A DNA stretch of 64,000 nt from Bifidobacterium callimiconis (GTDB taxonomy: Bacteria > Actinomycetota > Actinomycetes > Actinomycetales > Bifidobacteriaceae), in assembly GCF_003952005.1 (NCBI RefSeq), contig NZ_QXGJ01000007.1, forward strand, positions 29,841-93,840, in the 5' to 3' direction. Shown in pieces: positions 8,896 through 18,106 of the stretch. The notes below the pieces were generated by a model. The model saw only the letters and a list, made by a program, of their open reading frames with translations, was not told the DNA's origin and ran no database searches. The position numbers and the translations under genes were made by a program. Every line of letters begins with the position of its first letter. Position 1 is the stretch's first letter.

Positions 8896-10365
8896 ATGTC
8901 CGAACCGGTAGAACAGAACGACCCCGCCAAACTCACCGAACCCGTCGGCACCGTCAAACGCGACGATTCCATCGATCCCGCTCAGCCAACCGGCCCCTCC
9001 AAGCACGACGACTCCACCACCGATCTCACCGTCGGCAGTCCGCTGCTGCGCATTCTCATCTTCTCCATCCCGCTCGTGCTCGGCACGCTGTTCCAGCAGA
9101 TGTACAGCTTCGCCGACGCGGTGATCGTCGGTCGACTCATCGGCGACGACGCCCTGGGCGCGGTCGGCGTCACCTACCCGCTCAACTTCCTCATCCTCGG
9201 CTTCGTGCAGGGCGCGTGCATCGGCTTCTCCATCCCCGCCGCGCAAAGCTTCGGCGCCAAGGACGAGCGCGACTTCCGACGCTTCATGTGGAACGGCGCC
9301 TGGCTCGGCGTGATCCTCTCGGTCGTGTTCACCGCCGCCATGGTCCTGCTCGCCCGACCCATGCTCGAACTCATCGGCACGCCCGCCGAACTGCTCGACA
9401 TGGCCGTCGAATACATCGTCGTCATCTTCCTCGGCATCCCCACGGCCATCCTCTACAACCATTCCGCCGCCCTGCTGCGCGCTGTGGGCGACTCCAAGCA
9501 CCCGTTCTACTTCCTGCTCGTCGCATGCGTGGTCAACATCGTGCTCAACTACACGTTCATCGGCGTGATCGGCATGGGCGTGATCGGCTCCGCGCTCGCC
9601 ACCGTGATCGGCCAGACTCTGTCGGCCGTGCTCAACTGCTGGTGGGCGTTCGCCAGGATCGACATCTTCCAGGTGCATCGTGACGAGATGGGCTGGTCCG
9701 GCCATCACATTGGACGACTCTGCTACGTTGGCCTGCCGATGGGATTCGAATACTCGGTGTCGGCGATCGGCGCGGTGGTGATGCAGGATGCGATCAACTC
9801 GCTCGGCGCCGCCATGGTGACCGCGCAGACCGCCGGCGAGCGCATACGACAGATGTTCACGCTGCCGATGGAAAGCGTCGGCATGGCGATGGCCACGTAC
9901 GCCGGACAGAACTACGGCGCCCGCCGACTCGACCGCATCAAGCTCGGTCTGCGCGACGGCGTGATCATTCAGGGCGTGTACTGCGTGATCGTATGGGTGG
10001 TGATCTTCCTGTTCAAGGCGCCGATGTGCCGGTTCGTGCTCGGCGACACCAGTGCGGCCGTGTTCGACGGCGCGGTGGAGTACCTGTTCATCATGAGCTG
10101 CTTCTTCATCATCCACGGCTCGCTGATGATCTTCCGCAACACGTTGCAGGGCATGGGCTACAGCACGCATGCGATCGTGTCTGGCGTGGGCGAGCTGATC
10201 GGTCGTTCGCTCGGTGGCTGGATCACGATCATCGGCGGCGGATACTTGGCCGTCTGCTACTCGAATCCGCTGGCCTGGGGTCTGGCGCTGCTCTACTGCA
10301 TGGTGATGGTCACGGTGATCATCCGCCGCAAGCACCGCGACCCCGAATTCGCCGTCCTCGCCTAG
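8896..10365 (+). CDS. MATE-family efflux transporter
   Basis: 12-TM protein with MATE-type N-terminus (…LLRILIFSIPLVLGTLFQQMYSFADAVIVGRLIGDDALGAVGV…); strong RBS gggaggg before ATG 8896. Confidence 0.8.
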   Translation: MSEPVEQNDPAKLTEPVGTVKRDDSIDPAQPTGPSKHDDSTTDLTVGSPLLRILIFSIPLVLGTLFQQMYSFADAVIVGRLIGDDALGAVGVTYPLNFLILGFVQGACIGFSIPAAQSFGAKDERDFRRFMWNGAWLGVILSVVFTAAMVLLARPMLELIGTPAELLDMAVEYIVVIFLGIPTAILYNHSAALLRAVGDSKHPFYFLLVACVVNIVLNYTFIGVIGMGVIGSALATVIGQTLSAVLNCWWAFARIDIFQVHRDEMGWSGHHIGRLCYVGLPMGFEYSVSAIGAVVMQDAINSLGAAMVTAQTAGERIRQMFTLPMESVGMAMATYAGQNYGARRLDRIKLGLRDGVIIQGVYCVIVWVVIFLFKAPMCRFVLGDTSAAVFDGAVEYLFIMSCFFIIHGSLMIFRNTLQGMGYSTHAIVSGVGELIGRSLGGWITIIGGGYLAVCYSNPLAWGLALLYCMVMVTVIIRRKHRDPEFAVLA

Positions 10366-10378
10366 TTTCCGGGCATAG

Positions 10379-10418
10379 CCAGTTCACGCTATGAAACCCC
10401 CTCAAAATCGTGAACTGG
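10379..10418. repeat. 40-bp palindromic element ccagttcacg-N20-cgtgaactgg (copy 1)
   Basis: 10-bp perfect inverted arms; two tandem copies here and a third at 15135. Confidence 0.7.
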
Positions 10419-10464
10419 GACGCGGCGCAAAAACCGCATGATGCCAATGATCCACACCCGATTT

Positions 10465-10504
10465 CCAGTTCACGCTCTGATCCCCCTTCAAAATCGTGAA
10501 CTGG
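10465..10504. repeat. 40-bp palindromic element ccagttcacg-N20-cgtgaactgg (copy 2)
   Basis: As copy 1. Confidence 0.7.
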
Positions 10505-11516
10505 AATCGGCTGAATTTGCCATTCCGATGCTCGCCTGGGGCAGGAATGAGGTAGGGAAGCTTCTGATTGGCGTGGCACCGGGGTCGGCTGTGTGCAGAA
10601 TCCTGTCGATGCACATGGTGGTGCCGATTTCCAGCATCTCCCGCCGGGGAATGATGATGCTCGACAACGGTGGTTCGAACATCTGCGCCAGTCGCGTGCC
10701 ATCAATGCCGAGCACCGACACCTGCTCCGGAATGCTCACGTCATGCTGCTTGAGGAACGCCATGAATCCCAAGGCCATTACATCGTTGTAGGAGATCACC
10801 GCCGTGGTGGGATGGTCAAGAAACCCCTGAAAGTCATGCCATCCGCCGCGGTAGGTGGGTGTTTCGCACTGCATGCGTCGCACTTTGAGCCCGTATCGTA
10901 CGCAGAGCCTGGCGATGATTTGCCATCGCTGCCCCTCCTGCCACGAGAGTTTCGGTCCGCCGAGGTAGGTGATCTGCCGGTGCCGGAGGGTGACGAGCCG
11001 GCTGATCGCCTCCGTCAGACTTTCCGTCAGATCGGGCGTTACGCAGGGCAGACCTCCGACGAACCGGTTCACCACGCTGATCGGTTTGATCTGCGCCGCC
11101 TTGCGCAGCACGGTGTCGGACAGCCTTGGGGAGATCATCACCACGCCATCGGCAAGCTGCAGCGCATTGTCAAGCAGGCGTCGCTCCTGTTCGACACTTT
11201 CCTCGCTATCGCTGATGGTGACGGAAAAGCCGCGTCGGATACCGGTGGATTGCAGGGTGTGGATAGCGGTGGCGAACGCGGGATTGTTGATGTCGGGCAC
11301 GATGGCCGTAATCATGCCGTGCAGTTTTTCCTCGGTGAACGCCTCGACTTTGTCCGAGCGATATCCCAATTCCTGAGCTACGAGTCGTACGCGTTGCGCG
11401 GTTTTGTAATTGACCCGGCCGGGTCGTGATAATGCGCGGGACACGGTGGCGGGGGAGACACCGGCCACAGATGCCACTTCCTCAAGTGTGACCTTTTTAT
11501 GACTGTTGTGCGCCAT
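10488..11516 (-). CDS. LacI-family transcriptional regulator
   Basis: HTH VTLEEVASVAGVSPATVSRAL; start taken at MAHNSHKK (11516); alternative upstream Met possible. Confidence 0.8.
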   Translation of the reverse strand: MAHNSHKKVTLEEVASVAGVSPATVSRALSRPGRVNYKTAQRVRLVAQELGYRSDKVEAFTEEKLHGMITAIVPDINNPAFATAIHTLQSTGIRRGFSVTISDSEESVEQERRLLDNALQLADGVVMISPRLSDTVLRKAAQIKPISVVNRFVGGLPCVTPDLTESLTEAISRLVTLRHRQITYLGGPKLSWQEGQRWQIIARLCVRYGLKVRRMQCETPTYRGGWHDFQGFLDHPTTAVISYNDVMALGFMAFLKQHDVSIPEQVSVLGIDGTRLAQMFEPPLSSIIIPRREMLEIGTTMCIDRILHTADPGATPIRSFPTSFLPQASIGMANSADSSSRF

Positions 11517-11549
11517 GTCATTGCCGCCGTCATTGCGCTTGCTCATAGG

Positions 11550-11566
11550 CGTCAATTGTATTGACG
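11550..11566. promoter_or_regulatory. candidate LacI-type operator, perfect palindrome cgtcaat-tgt-attgacg
   Basis: 17-bp perfect inverted repeat in the divergent region between the LacI gene (10488..11516) and the GH gene (11748..). Confidence 0.4.
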
Positions 11567-11747
11567 AATCGTTGTGTGAGCGGGCTTCCGCCAAGAGGGC
11601 AGACGTCATTCATCTGATAAAAGTGTGCTACCCATCGTATATTTCCCGCAACTGCAAAACGTGGAAAGAAAATCATCTAAGTTCGCGAGTTCCTTACAGT
11701 GAGAAGCTGCATCGGCAAGGATGCCGATACCGAATAAGGAGAGAATC

Positions 11748-13265
11748 ATGCCAACGATATCGCTGGATGCAACGAGGCTTCGTCATGTTCGCACGGTCGA
11801 TCCGCTGATGGCGTCGTACAACATCGAAATGACCGAAGTAACGGGCGGCACGTTCTGGAAGCGTTACGCGCCCGGTCAGATCAGCGGTGCTGAGCCGTTC
11901 GTCCTACACGGCATGGCTGACATGCGCAACAGCATGGAACCCTATCCGCCCAAGGACCTGCGCAACGAACGATTGCTCGCGTTGGCTAAGGCGCTCGGCC
12001 CCGCATGGGTGCGCGTGTCCGGCAGCTGGGCGTCGAACACCTACTACGACTTCGACGGCACGACCGGCGGCAAGGCGCCGGAGGGCTTCTCCAGTGTGCT
12101 CACCCGCGATCAGTGGATCGGTGTGCTTGATTTTGTCAAATCGATCAACGGTCATCTGCTCGTGTCCGTGGCCAACAGTACCGGCGTGCACAACACGCCC
12201 GACGGCAGTTGGGATCCGGCGCAGGCCAAGCTGCTGTTCGACTTCAGCCGCGACTACGGCGTGCCGATCGAGGCCGCCGAGTTCATGAACGAGCCGAACA
12301 TCCTCACTCCCGACAACTCCCCGGCCGATTATGGCATGGCCGAATATGCCCGGGATCAGGACGCGTTCTTCCGCTTCCTGCGCGAGAACTATCCGGACGT
12401 GTTATGTGTCGGACCGTGTGCATCCGAGATCGGCATTCCCGGTACGCCTCACAGCGTGGTCAATGCGCAGGCTAACGAGGCTGCCGGCAATACGCTCGCC
12501 GCGTTGGACTCGTTCAAGGCCGCCGATCTCATGCCGCATCTTCAGGAGCGTGCCGACGTGTTCAGTTACCACTGGTACAACGGCATCTCCGAGCGCGGCG
12601 CCAGCGTGCTCGGCCACCATTGGGATGCGTCGGAGGCAATGGGTGATGACTACCTATCCTCCGCCGAGTCTGCCTGCCGTGCCTACCTGCCGATGCGTGA
12701 CGAATATTTACCGGGCGCGCCGGTGTGGATTACCGAGAGCGCCGACGCCGGTCTCGGCGGCGATACATGGGCGTCCACGTATCTCGATGTGTTCCGCACT
12801 GCCTGCGAATTGGGTTCGTTCGGCGAACTGACCAATGGTGTGATCTTCCACAACACGCTCGCTTCGTCCGACTATGGCTGGTTGGATTTCGGTGATTTTT
12901 CACCGCGACCGAACTACTGGTTCGTGCTGCTGTGGAACCGTCTGATGGGTGCGGACGTGTATCGTGCCGATGACCAGACGCACGAAGGCGTGCATGTGTA
13001 CGCCCGCTCGCGCAAGGATGGTCGCGATGGCATGGCGTGGCTGATCGTCAACAATTCCAAGACCGAGGCGATCACTGTCGATGGTGTGGATGGCGGATGG
13101 CTCTATCAGCTCACCGCCGATGATCCGCATTCGCGCGACGTCCATCTCAACGGCACCGTGCTGGCACTCGGTCCGAACGACGAGCTTCCCGGACTGGATC
13201 CCGCCACCATTTCCGGCGATTTTGTCACGCTCCCTCCCGCATCCATTTCCTTCATCGTCCTCTGA
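11748..13265 (+). CDS. clan GH-A glycoside hydrolase, tentatively GH79-like (beta-glucuronidase/heparanase-type); family assignment uncertain
   Basis: (beta/alpha)8-type motifs incl. EFMNEPN (acid/base NEP); …WVRVSGSWASNTYYDF…; RBS aaggagag before ATG 11748. Confidence 0.6.
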   Translation: MPTISLDATRLRHVRTVDPLMASYNIEMTEVTGGTFWKRYAPGQISGAEPFVLHGMADMRNSMEPYPPKDLRNERLLALAKALGPAWVRVSGSWASNTYYDFDGTTGGKAPEGFSSVLTRDQWIGVLDFVKSINGHLLVSVANSTGVHNTPDGSWDPAQAKLLFDFSRDYGVPIEAAEFMNEPNILTPDNSPADYGMAEYARDQDAFFRFLRENYPDVLCVGPCASEIGIPGTPHSVVNAQANEAAGNTLAALDSFKAADLMPHLQERADVFSYHWYNGISERGASVLGHHWDASEAMGDDYLSSAESACRAYLPMRDEYLPGAPVWITESADAGLGGDTWASTYLDVFRTACELGSFGELTNGVIFHNTLASSDYGWLDFGDFSPRPNYWFVLLWNRLMGADVYRADDQTHEGVHVYARSRKDGRDGMAWLIVNNSKTEAITVDGVDGGWLYQLTADDPHSRDVHLNGTVLALGPNDELPGLDPATISGDFVTLPPASISFIVL

Positions 13266-13278
13266 CGCTCCCTTTCTA

Positions 13279-13330
13279 CGTGCTCCCTCCTCGGGAGGGA
13301 GCTGTCCGACAATCGTCGGACTGAGGGAGG
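13279..13330. repeat. family-A repeat unit
   Basis: gtgctccctcctcgggagggagctgtccgacaatcgtcggactgagggaggg. Confidence 0.8.
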
Positions 13331-13402
13331 GCACAGGGCACCCCCGCACGCTCCACCTAATACTTCCGCTACAACTCAACCCACTCAAAGGAGAGAAAAA
13401 CC

Positions 13403-14845
13403 ATGAGTTCCCCAACCACTACCGGAGGCACCGCCGTGCGCCCCTTCGGCATGCGAGACAAGGTCGGCTATCTGTTCGGCGACTTCGGCAACGATTTCAT
13501 GTTTACGTTCGCCAGCTCGTTCCTGATGATCTTCTACACCAAGGTGATGGGCGTGCCCGGCGCCGTGGTCGGCACCCTGTTCCTGATCGCGCGAATCGTC
13601 GACGCATTCGCCGACGTCACCGTGGGCGTGCTCGTAGATAAGGCCCCAGCTACGAAGAACGGTAAGTACCGCGTGTGGATGATGCGCATGGCCGCTCCCG
13701 TGGTCATCTTCTCGTTCCTGATGTACCAGACCTTCGCCATCGGCGCATCGATGGGCGTGAAGATCGTCTACATGTACGTGACATACATCATCTGGGGAAT
13801 CCTGTATTCCTCGGTGAACATTCCCTACAGCTCCATGGCGTCGCTGATCTCGCCCGAACCCGACGACCGTACCAGTCTGTCCACCTACCGTTCCGTGGGC
13901 TCCACCTGCGCCTCGCTGGTCATCGGCGTGGTCGCCCCGCTGATCATCTACTCGGCCGATGCCAACGGCAACCAGATCATCCGCGGCGGCGAGGGCACGC
14001 AGGTGTTCGCTCTGGTGTCCGGCATCTTCGCCGTGTGCGCGTTCCTGTGCTTCTTTGCCTGCTACAAGATGTGCACCGAGCGTGTGAAGCCGGAGGATCA
14101 TCACTCCGATACCGTCGAAGGCGAGCGCAAGTCCACGCTGCACATGATCGGCAACGCGCTGAAGAGCCGTTCCCTGTGGGGCCTGATCCTCATGTCCCTT
14201 TCGGCTACCATCGCCATGCTGTTCCTCATGCAGATGGTCAACTACCTCTACGCCGACTACTTCCGTTCCGCCGGCATGATCTCCCTGACCGTGATGTGCG
14301 GCTCCCTGGCCATGCTCGCCTGCGCGCCGCTGGTGAAGCCGCTGGCTAAGCGTATCGGGCACAAGGGTTGCGCGGTGTGCGGCCAGCTGATCGCCTGCGC
14401 CGCCGTGATCATGCTGTTCGTGCTGCACACCGACGTGCCGATGGTGTTCACCATTGGATACGTAGTCATTTTCTTCGGCGTGGGCATGAGCAACATGGTG
14501 TGCTACGCCATGGCGACCGACACCATCGACGACATCGAGGTCACGCAGAACATGCGCGAGGATGCCACCGTGTACTCGGTGTACTCCTTCGGACGCAAGG
14601 TTGGCCAGGCCATCGCCGGCTGGATCTCCGGCAACGCGCTGACCTGGGTCGGCTACAAGGCCGGCGCCGAGGCGGTGCAGACCGATGCCGTGCGCAACAA
14701 CATCTACAACTTCAGCACGGCGATCCCGGCCGCGGCGTTGGTCATCGGCGTGCTGCTGCTGATCTTCATTTACCCGCTGAACAAGAAGCGCGTCGACTCC
14801 AACGTCGCCGTTCTCAAGGCCAAGCGCGTGGCGGCCGAGGGCTGA
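13403..14845 (+). CDS. GPH-family glycoside/glucuronide:cation symporter
   Basis: GPH N-terminal signature (…DKVGYLFGDFGNDFMF…FLMIFYTKVMG…ARIVDAFADV…); paralogue of 27001..28449; RBS aaaggagag. Confidence 0.8.
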   Translation: MSSPTTTGGTAVRPFGMRDKVGYLFGDFGNDFMFTFASSFLMIFYTKVMGVPGAVVGTLFLIARIVDAFADVTVGVLVDKAPATKNGKYRVWMMRMAAPVVIFSFLMYQTFAIGASMGVKIVYMYVTYIIWGILYSSVNIPYSSMASLISPEPDDRTSLSTYRSVGSTCASLVIGVVAPLIIYSADANGNQIIRGGEGTQVFALVSGIFAVCAFLCFFACYKMCTERVKPEDHHSDTVEGERKSTLHMIGNALKSRSLWGLILMSLSATIAMLFLMQMVNYLYADYFRSAGMISLTVMCGSLAMLACAPLVKPLAKRIGHKGCAVCGQLIACAAVIMLFVLHTDVPMVFTIGYVVIFFGVGMSNMVCYAMATDTIDDIEVTQNMREDATVYSVYSFGRKVGQAIAGWISGNALTWVGYKAGAEAVQTDAVRNNIYNFSTAIPAAALVIGVLLLIFIYPLNKKRVDSNVAVLKAKRVAAEG

Positions 14846-14972
14846 TCCCCATCTTGGCTCTCCTCTCCGAGGCTGAGTCCGTGAAGTAAACGCCAGAGGC
14901 GTTTATAGGAATCAGGCGAGCCGACAGGCAAGCAGATAAAACGCGGCCGAAGGCCGTCCTTTCTTACAGGTT

Positions 14973-15082
14973 GAGCTGTCGGCGTAGCCGACTGAGGGGA
15001 GTGAGCGGTCAAACCCCTATGCGGGCGCATTCTCCCCTCAGTCCGCCTCCGGCGGCCAGCTCCCCTCAAAGAGGGGAGCCAG
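14973..15082. repeat. family-B repeat cluster (gaggggagctgtcggcgtagccgactgaggggag variant)
   Basis: ctcccctca/gaggggag nested palindromes. Confidence 0.75.
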
Positions 15083-15092
15083 ATCTACTCGA

Positions 15093-15128
15093 GTCCCTTC
15101 CGTTCCTCCCTTCGGAAGGGACTTTTTT
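15093..15128 (+). terminator. rho-independent terminator (gtcccttccg…cggaagggac + TTTTTT)
   Basis: Read from the sequence; could serve either convergent gene. Confidence 0.6.
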
Positions 15129-15134
15129 ATGTTT

Positions 15135-15174
15135 TCAGTTCACGAAATGCAGTCCTCTCGAAATCGTGAACTGG
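15135..15174. repeat. 40-bp palindromic element cagttcacg-N20-cgtgaactg (copy 3)
   Basis: Same arms as the copies at 10379 and 10465. Confidence 0.7.
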
Positions 15175-15184
15175 GATTGGCGGG

Positions 15185-16192
15185 TCACCGCTTTTGGAAC
15201 AGCCAGTTGACTATGGAGCCGGCCACCACGAGCAGCGCGCCGACCCAGAACGGCACGGACAGGCTCACATGCAGCAGTACCGCGCTCGCCGCCACCGACA
15301 GCAGTGGCGTGGCGTACGATGCGACGGCCATCGTCTCCATGCTGCCGTGCAGAATGCCGTAGCCCCAGCACGCATAGCCGCCGGCGATCGACGCGGCGGT
15401 GAGCACCACGATCAGCCAGTCGATCCAGGATGCCGCGGTCAGTTGGCCGATCAGATTTCCCATGACCGCGCCGATTCCGCGGATTCCCGCATCGCCGGCG
15501 CCTCCGCCTGTGCTGGCACTCCCGCCTCCGGTCATACCGGTATCCGTGACGAAGTGAATGATCCACAGCGCGAGCGCCACGAACGGGAAGAACACGCTCG
15601 TCCCGTCGTATCCGTTCGCCATCGACGGCGTGACCACGGCGTACACGGCCCATGCCACTGCGCCTGCGAGCGCGAGCGCGTACGGCAGGGGATTGGAGGC
15701 GATGTTGTGCGCGGCCGCATGCCAGTCCAGTCCGCTGTTGCCGCCGACCGATATGATCACGCCCGCGGTCGCCACGATTGCGCCGGGAACCGCATATCCT
15801 ACCGCGTGTTTGCGGTGTGAGACGGCCGCGGCCAGCAGCACCATGAGTGTGGGCCATAGATAGTTGACCAGGCTGATTTCCACGGATTGCGCGCTTGACG
15901 CCGCCAGTCCGATGGACAGTGAGATCGCCGATTCGTAGAACACGACCAGTCCGCCGCCGACGAGCAGGTATTTCAGCGGCGCCTGTTTCAGGGGTGCCGG
16001 TCGGTGGAAGATGAGCAGCAGGATCGCGCCGCAGGTGTAGATGAGCGGCGGTCCGAGTGTGGCTCCGAACGCTTCCGATACGAGCCTGACCAGTCCCATC
16101 ATGAGGCTCCATAGCAGGATCGCCATCATGCCGATCGCGGTCGCCGCGGCGGACGCGTCGGTTTTCTTCATCACCAATCTCATGCCCGTCAT
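15185..16192 (-). CDS. DMT-superfamily (EamA-like) permease
   Basis: ~10 hydrophobic helices; duplicated EamA-like halves. Confidence 0.65.
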   Translation of the reverse strand: MTGMRLVMKKTDASAAATAIGMMAILLWSLMMGLVRLVSEAFGATLGPPLIYTCGAILLLIFHRPAPLKQAPLKYLLVGGGLVVFYESAISLSIGLAASSAQSVEISLVNYLWPTLMVLLAAAVSHRKHAVGYAVPGAIVATAGVIISVGGNSGLDWHAAAHNIASNPLPYALALAGAVAWAVYAVVTPSMANGYDGTSVFFPFVALALWIIHFVTDTGMTGGGSASTGGGAGDAGIRGIGAVMGNLIGQLTAASWIDWLIVVLTAASIAGGYACWGYGILHGSMETMAVASYATPLLSVAASAVLLHVSLSVPFWVGALLVVAGSIVNWLFQKR

Positions 16193-16488
16193 GCTAGCAG
16201 CGGCGGTGCGCGGGGAGCGTTCTCACGGTGATCCTTCGGTTGTTTCCATGGTCATGCGGTCATCCTCGTTTTCCCCGATCCGGTTGCACCTCTGTGCGGC
16301 CATCACCCCCGTCTGTACCCCCTATTCGCATACCTGTTTTCATAAAACCCGACCGTTTACCGTCAATCGTCGCCCGACGATGTAAATCACTGCAAACCGG
16401 AATCCGCCACGACTTGTCAAGCCACACTGAAATCGTGCAACAACCGGCAACGACGTCGGTTCGCCGCAGAGAAGAAACGGAAACAGTC

Positions 16489-18012
16489 ATGGCAGACAAT
16501 AACAACCATATTCCCAGCGTGTATCGGCCGCGCAAGATCACGGTCGCACGCGCCATCGGCTACGGTATGCCGGACATGATGGGCGGCGGCGCATTCACGC
16601 TCATCGGCGCGTGGCTGCTGTTCTTCTGGACCACCTATGCGGGTCTGACCGCCATGGAGGCGGCCTCCATCCTGGCCATCGCCCGCGTGGCCGACGCCGT
16701 GATCAGCCTGTTCATGGGCGCGATCACCGATAATCTCTACCGCTTTAAGATCGGCAAGAAGTTCGGCCGTCGCCACTTCTTCCTGCTGATCGGCTCCCCG
16801 CTTATGCTCGAGTTCATCCTGCTGTGGATCACCGGCCTGAACTACTGGTACTACCTGATCAGCTACGTGCTGTTCGAGCTCGTGGCCGCCATGGTGCTCA
16901 TCCCGTGGGAGACGCTGCCCACCGAGATGACCGAGGACTACAACAAGCGCACGATGCTGTCCACCGCGCGTCTGGTGATCTCCTCCGGTAGCTCGTTCCT
17001 GGCCACGTTCCTGCCCGGCCAGCTGTTCAAGATCTTTGGCGAGGACAATCCGATGTCGTACACGTTCAACGCGATCGTGTTCGCCGTGATCTACATGGTG
17101 TCCGTGTTCATCGCCTACAAGACCACGTGGGAGCGCCAGATCACCCCGGAGATGGCCGCCAAGCTCGAGGCCAAGGCCAAGGAGGGCGCCGGCCGTACGT
17201 TCGGCGAGCAGCTCAAGGCCTACATCGCCACCGTGAAGCTGCGCACGTTCCGCAAGCACCTGATCGTCTACCTGTGCACCTTCACCGCCAAGGACACGTT
17301 CAACGCCGTGTTCGCCTACTTCGTGGTCTCCGTGCTCGGCCTGTCCGCCGGCGTTTCCAGCGGCGTGCTGTCGCTGAACATCATCGGCCTGCCGTTGACC
17401 ATCCTCGTTGGCTACCTGCTGGTCAAGTTCAGCCCGCGCTGGGTGTGGTGCGTCGGCATCGTGGTCGAGCTCGTCGCCTTGGTCGGCTTCTGGGTGCTCT
17501 CCGGCACCAGCATGAACGACCTGACGATGTGGCTGTACGTGGTCGGTCTGGTCTACAACATCGGCCTGGGCGCCGTGATCGCCACCCCGTGGAACGTGTT
17601 CCCGATGATCCCGGATCTCGACGAGCTGGTGTCCGGCGAGCATCACGAGGGCCTGTACGCCTCCGTCATGACGTTCGTGCGCAAGTCCACGGTCGCCGTC
17701 GCCACGTTCGTGGTCGGTCTGGTGCTCACCGAGGGCGGCTACGTCGAAGGCCAGATCGAGCAGTCGGTCGGCACCCAGCACACGATCACCGGTATCCTGG
17801 TGTTCGGCACCGGCGCGCTGCTGCTCGTCGCCCTGCTCACCGCGGTCACGTTCCGTCTGAACAAGACCACGCACACCGTGGTCAAGGACGAGCTCAACCG
17901 TCTGCGCAACGGCGGCCACAAGGACGACGCCCCCAAGGAGACCCGCGAGCTCATCGAGAAGCTCACCGGCACCAAGTGGGAGCACATCTGGGCCACCAAC
18001 CCCAACCAGTGA
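16489..18012 (+). CDS. GPH-family sugar:cation symporter
   Basis: MelB/GPH-like sequence; start at MADNNNH; C-terminus homologous to the 1..465 fragment. Confidence 0.8.
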   Translation: MADNNNHIPSVYRPRKITVARAIGYGMPDMMGGGAFTLIGAWLLFFWTTYAGLTAMEAASILAIARVADAVISLFMGAITDNLYRFKIGKKFGRRHFFLLIGSPLMLEFILLWITGLNYWYYLISYVLFELVAAMVLIPWETLPTEMTEDYNKRTMLSTARLVISSGSSFLATFLPGQLFKIFGEDNPMSYTFNAIVFAVIYMVSVFIAYKTTWERQITPEMAAKLEAKAKEGAGRTFGEQLKAYIATVKLRTFRKHLIVYLCTFTAKDTFNAVFAYFVVSVLGLSAGVSSGVLSLNIIGLPLTILVGYLLVKFSPRWVWCVGIVVELVALVGFWVLSGTSMNDLTMWLYVVGLVYNIGLGAVIATPWNVFPMIPDLDELVSGEHHEGLYASVMTFVRKSTVAVATFVVGLVLTEGGYVEGQIEQSVGTQHTITGILVFGTGALLLVALLTAVTFRLNKTTHTVVKDELNRLRNGGHKDDAPKETRELIEKLTGTKWEHIWATNPNQ

Positions 18013-18106
18013 TCGCATAAATCTCCGGCCGCCGGCCCTCTCTCCCCGGCGGCTGCCCAACCTTACTGCTCCTCAGAAAAACCAAAGGACACCGAAGGAC
18101 CTTTCA

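Noticed and set aside
8703-9683. 326-aa + strand ORF overlapping the MATE transporter in another frame
   Set aside because: The product is Arg/His-rich and low complexity. The MATE frame shows hydrophobic helices and a proper RBS.
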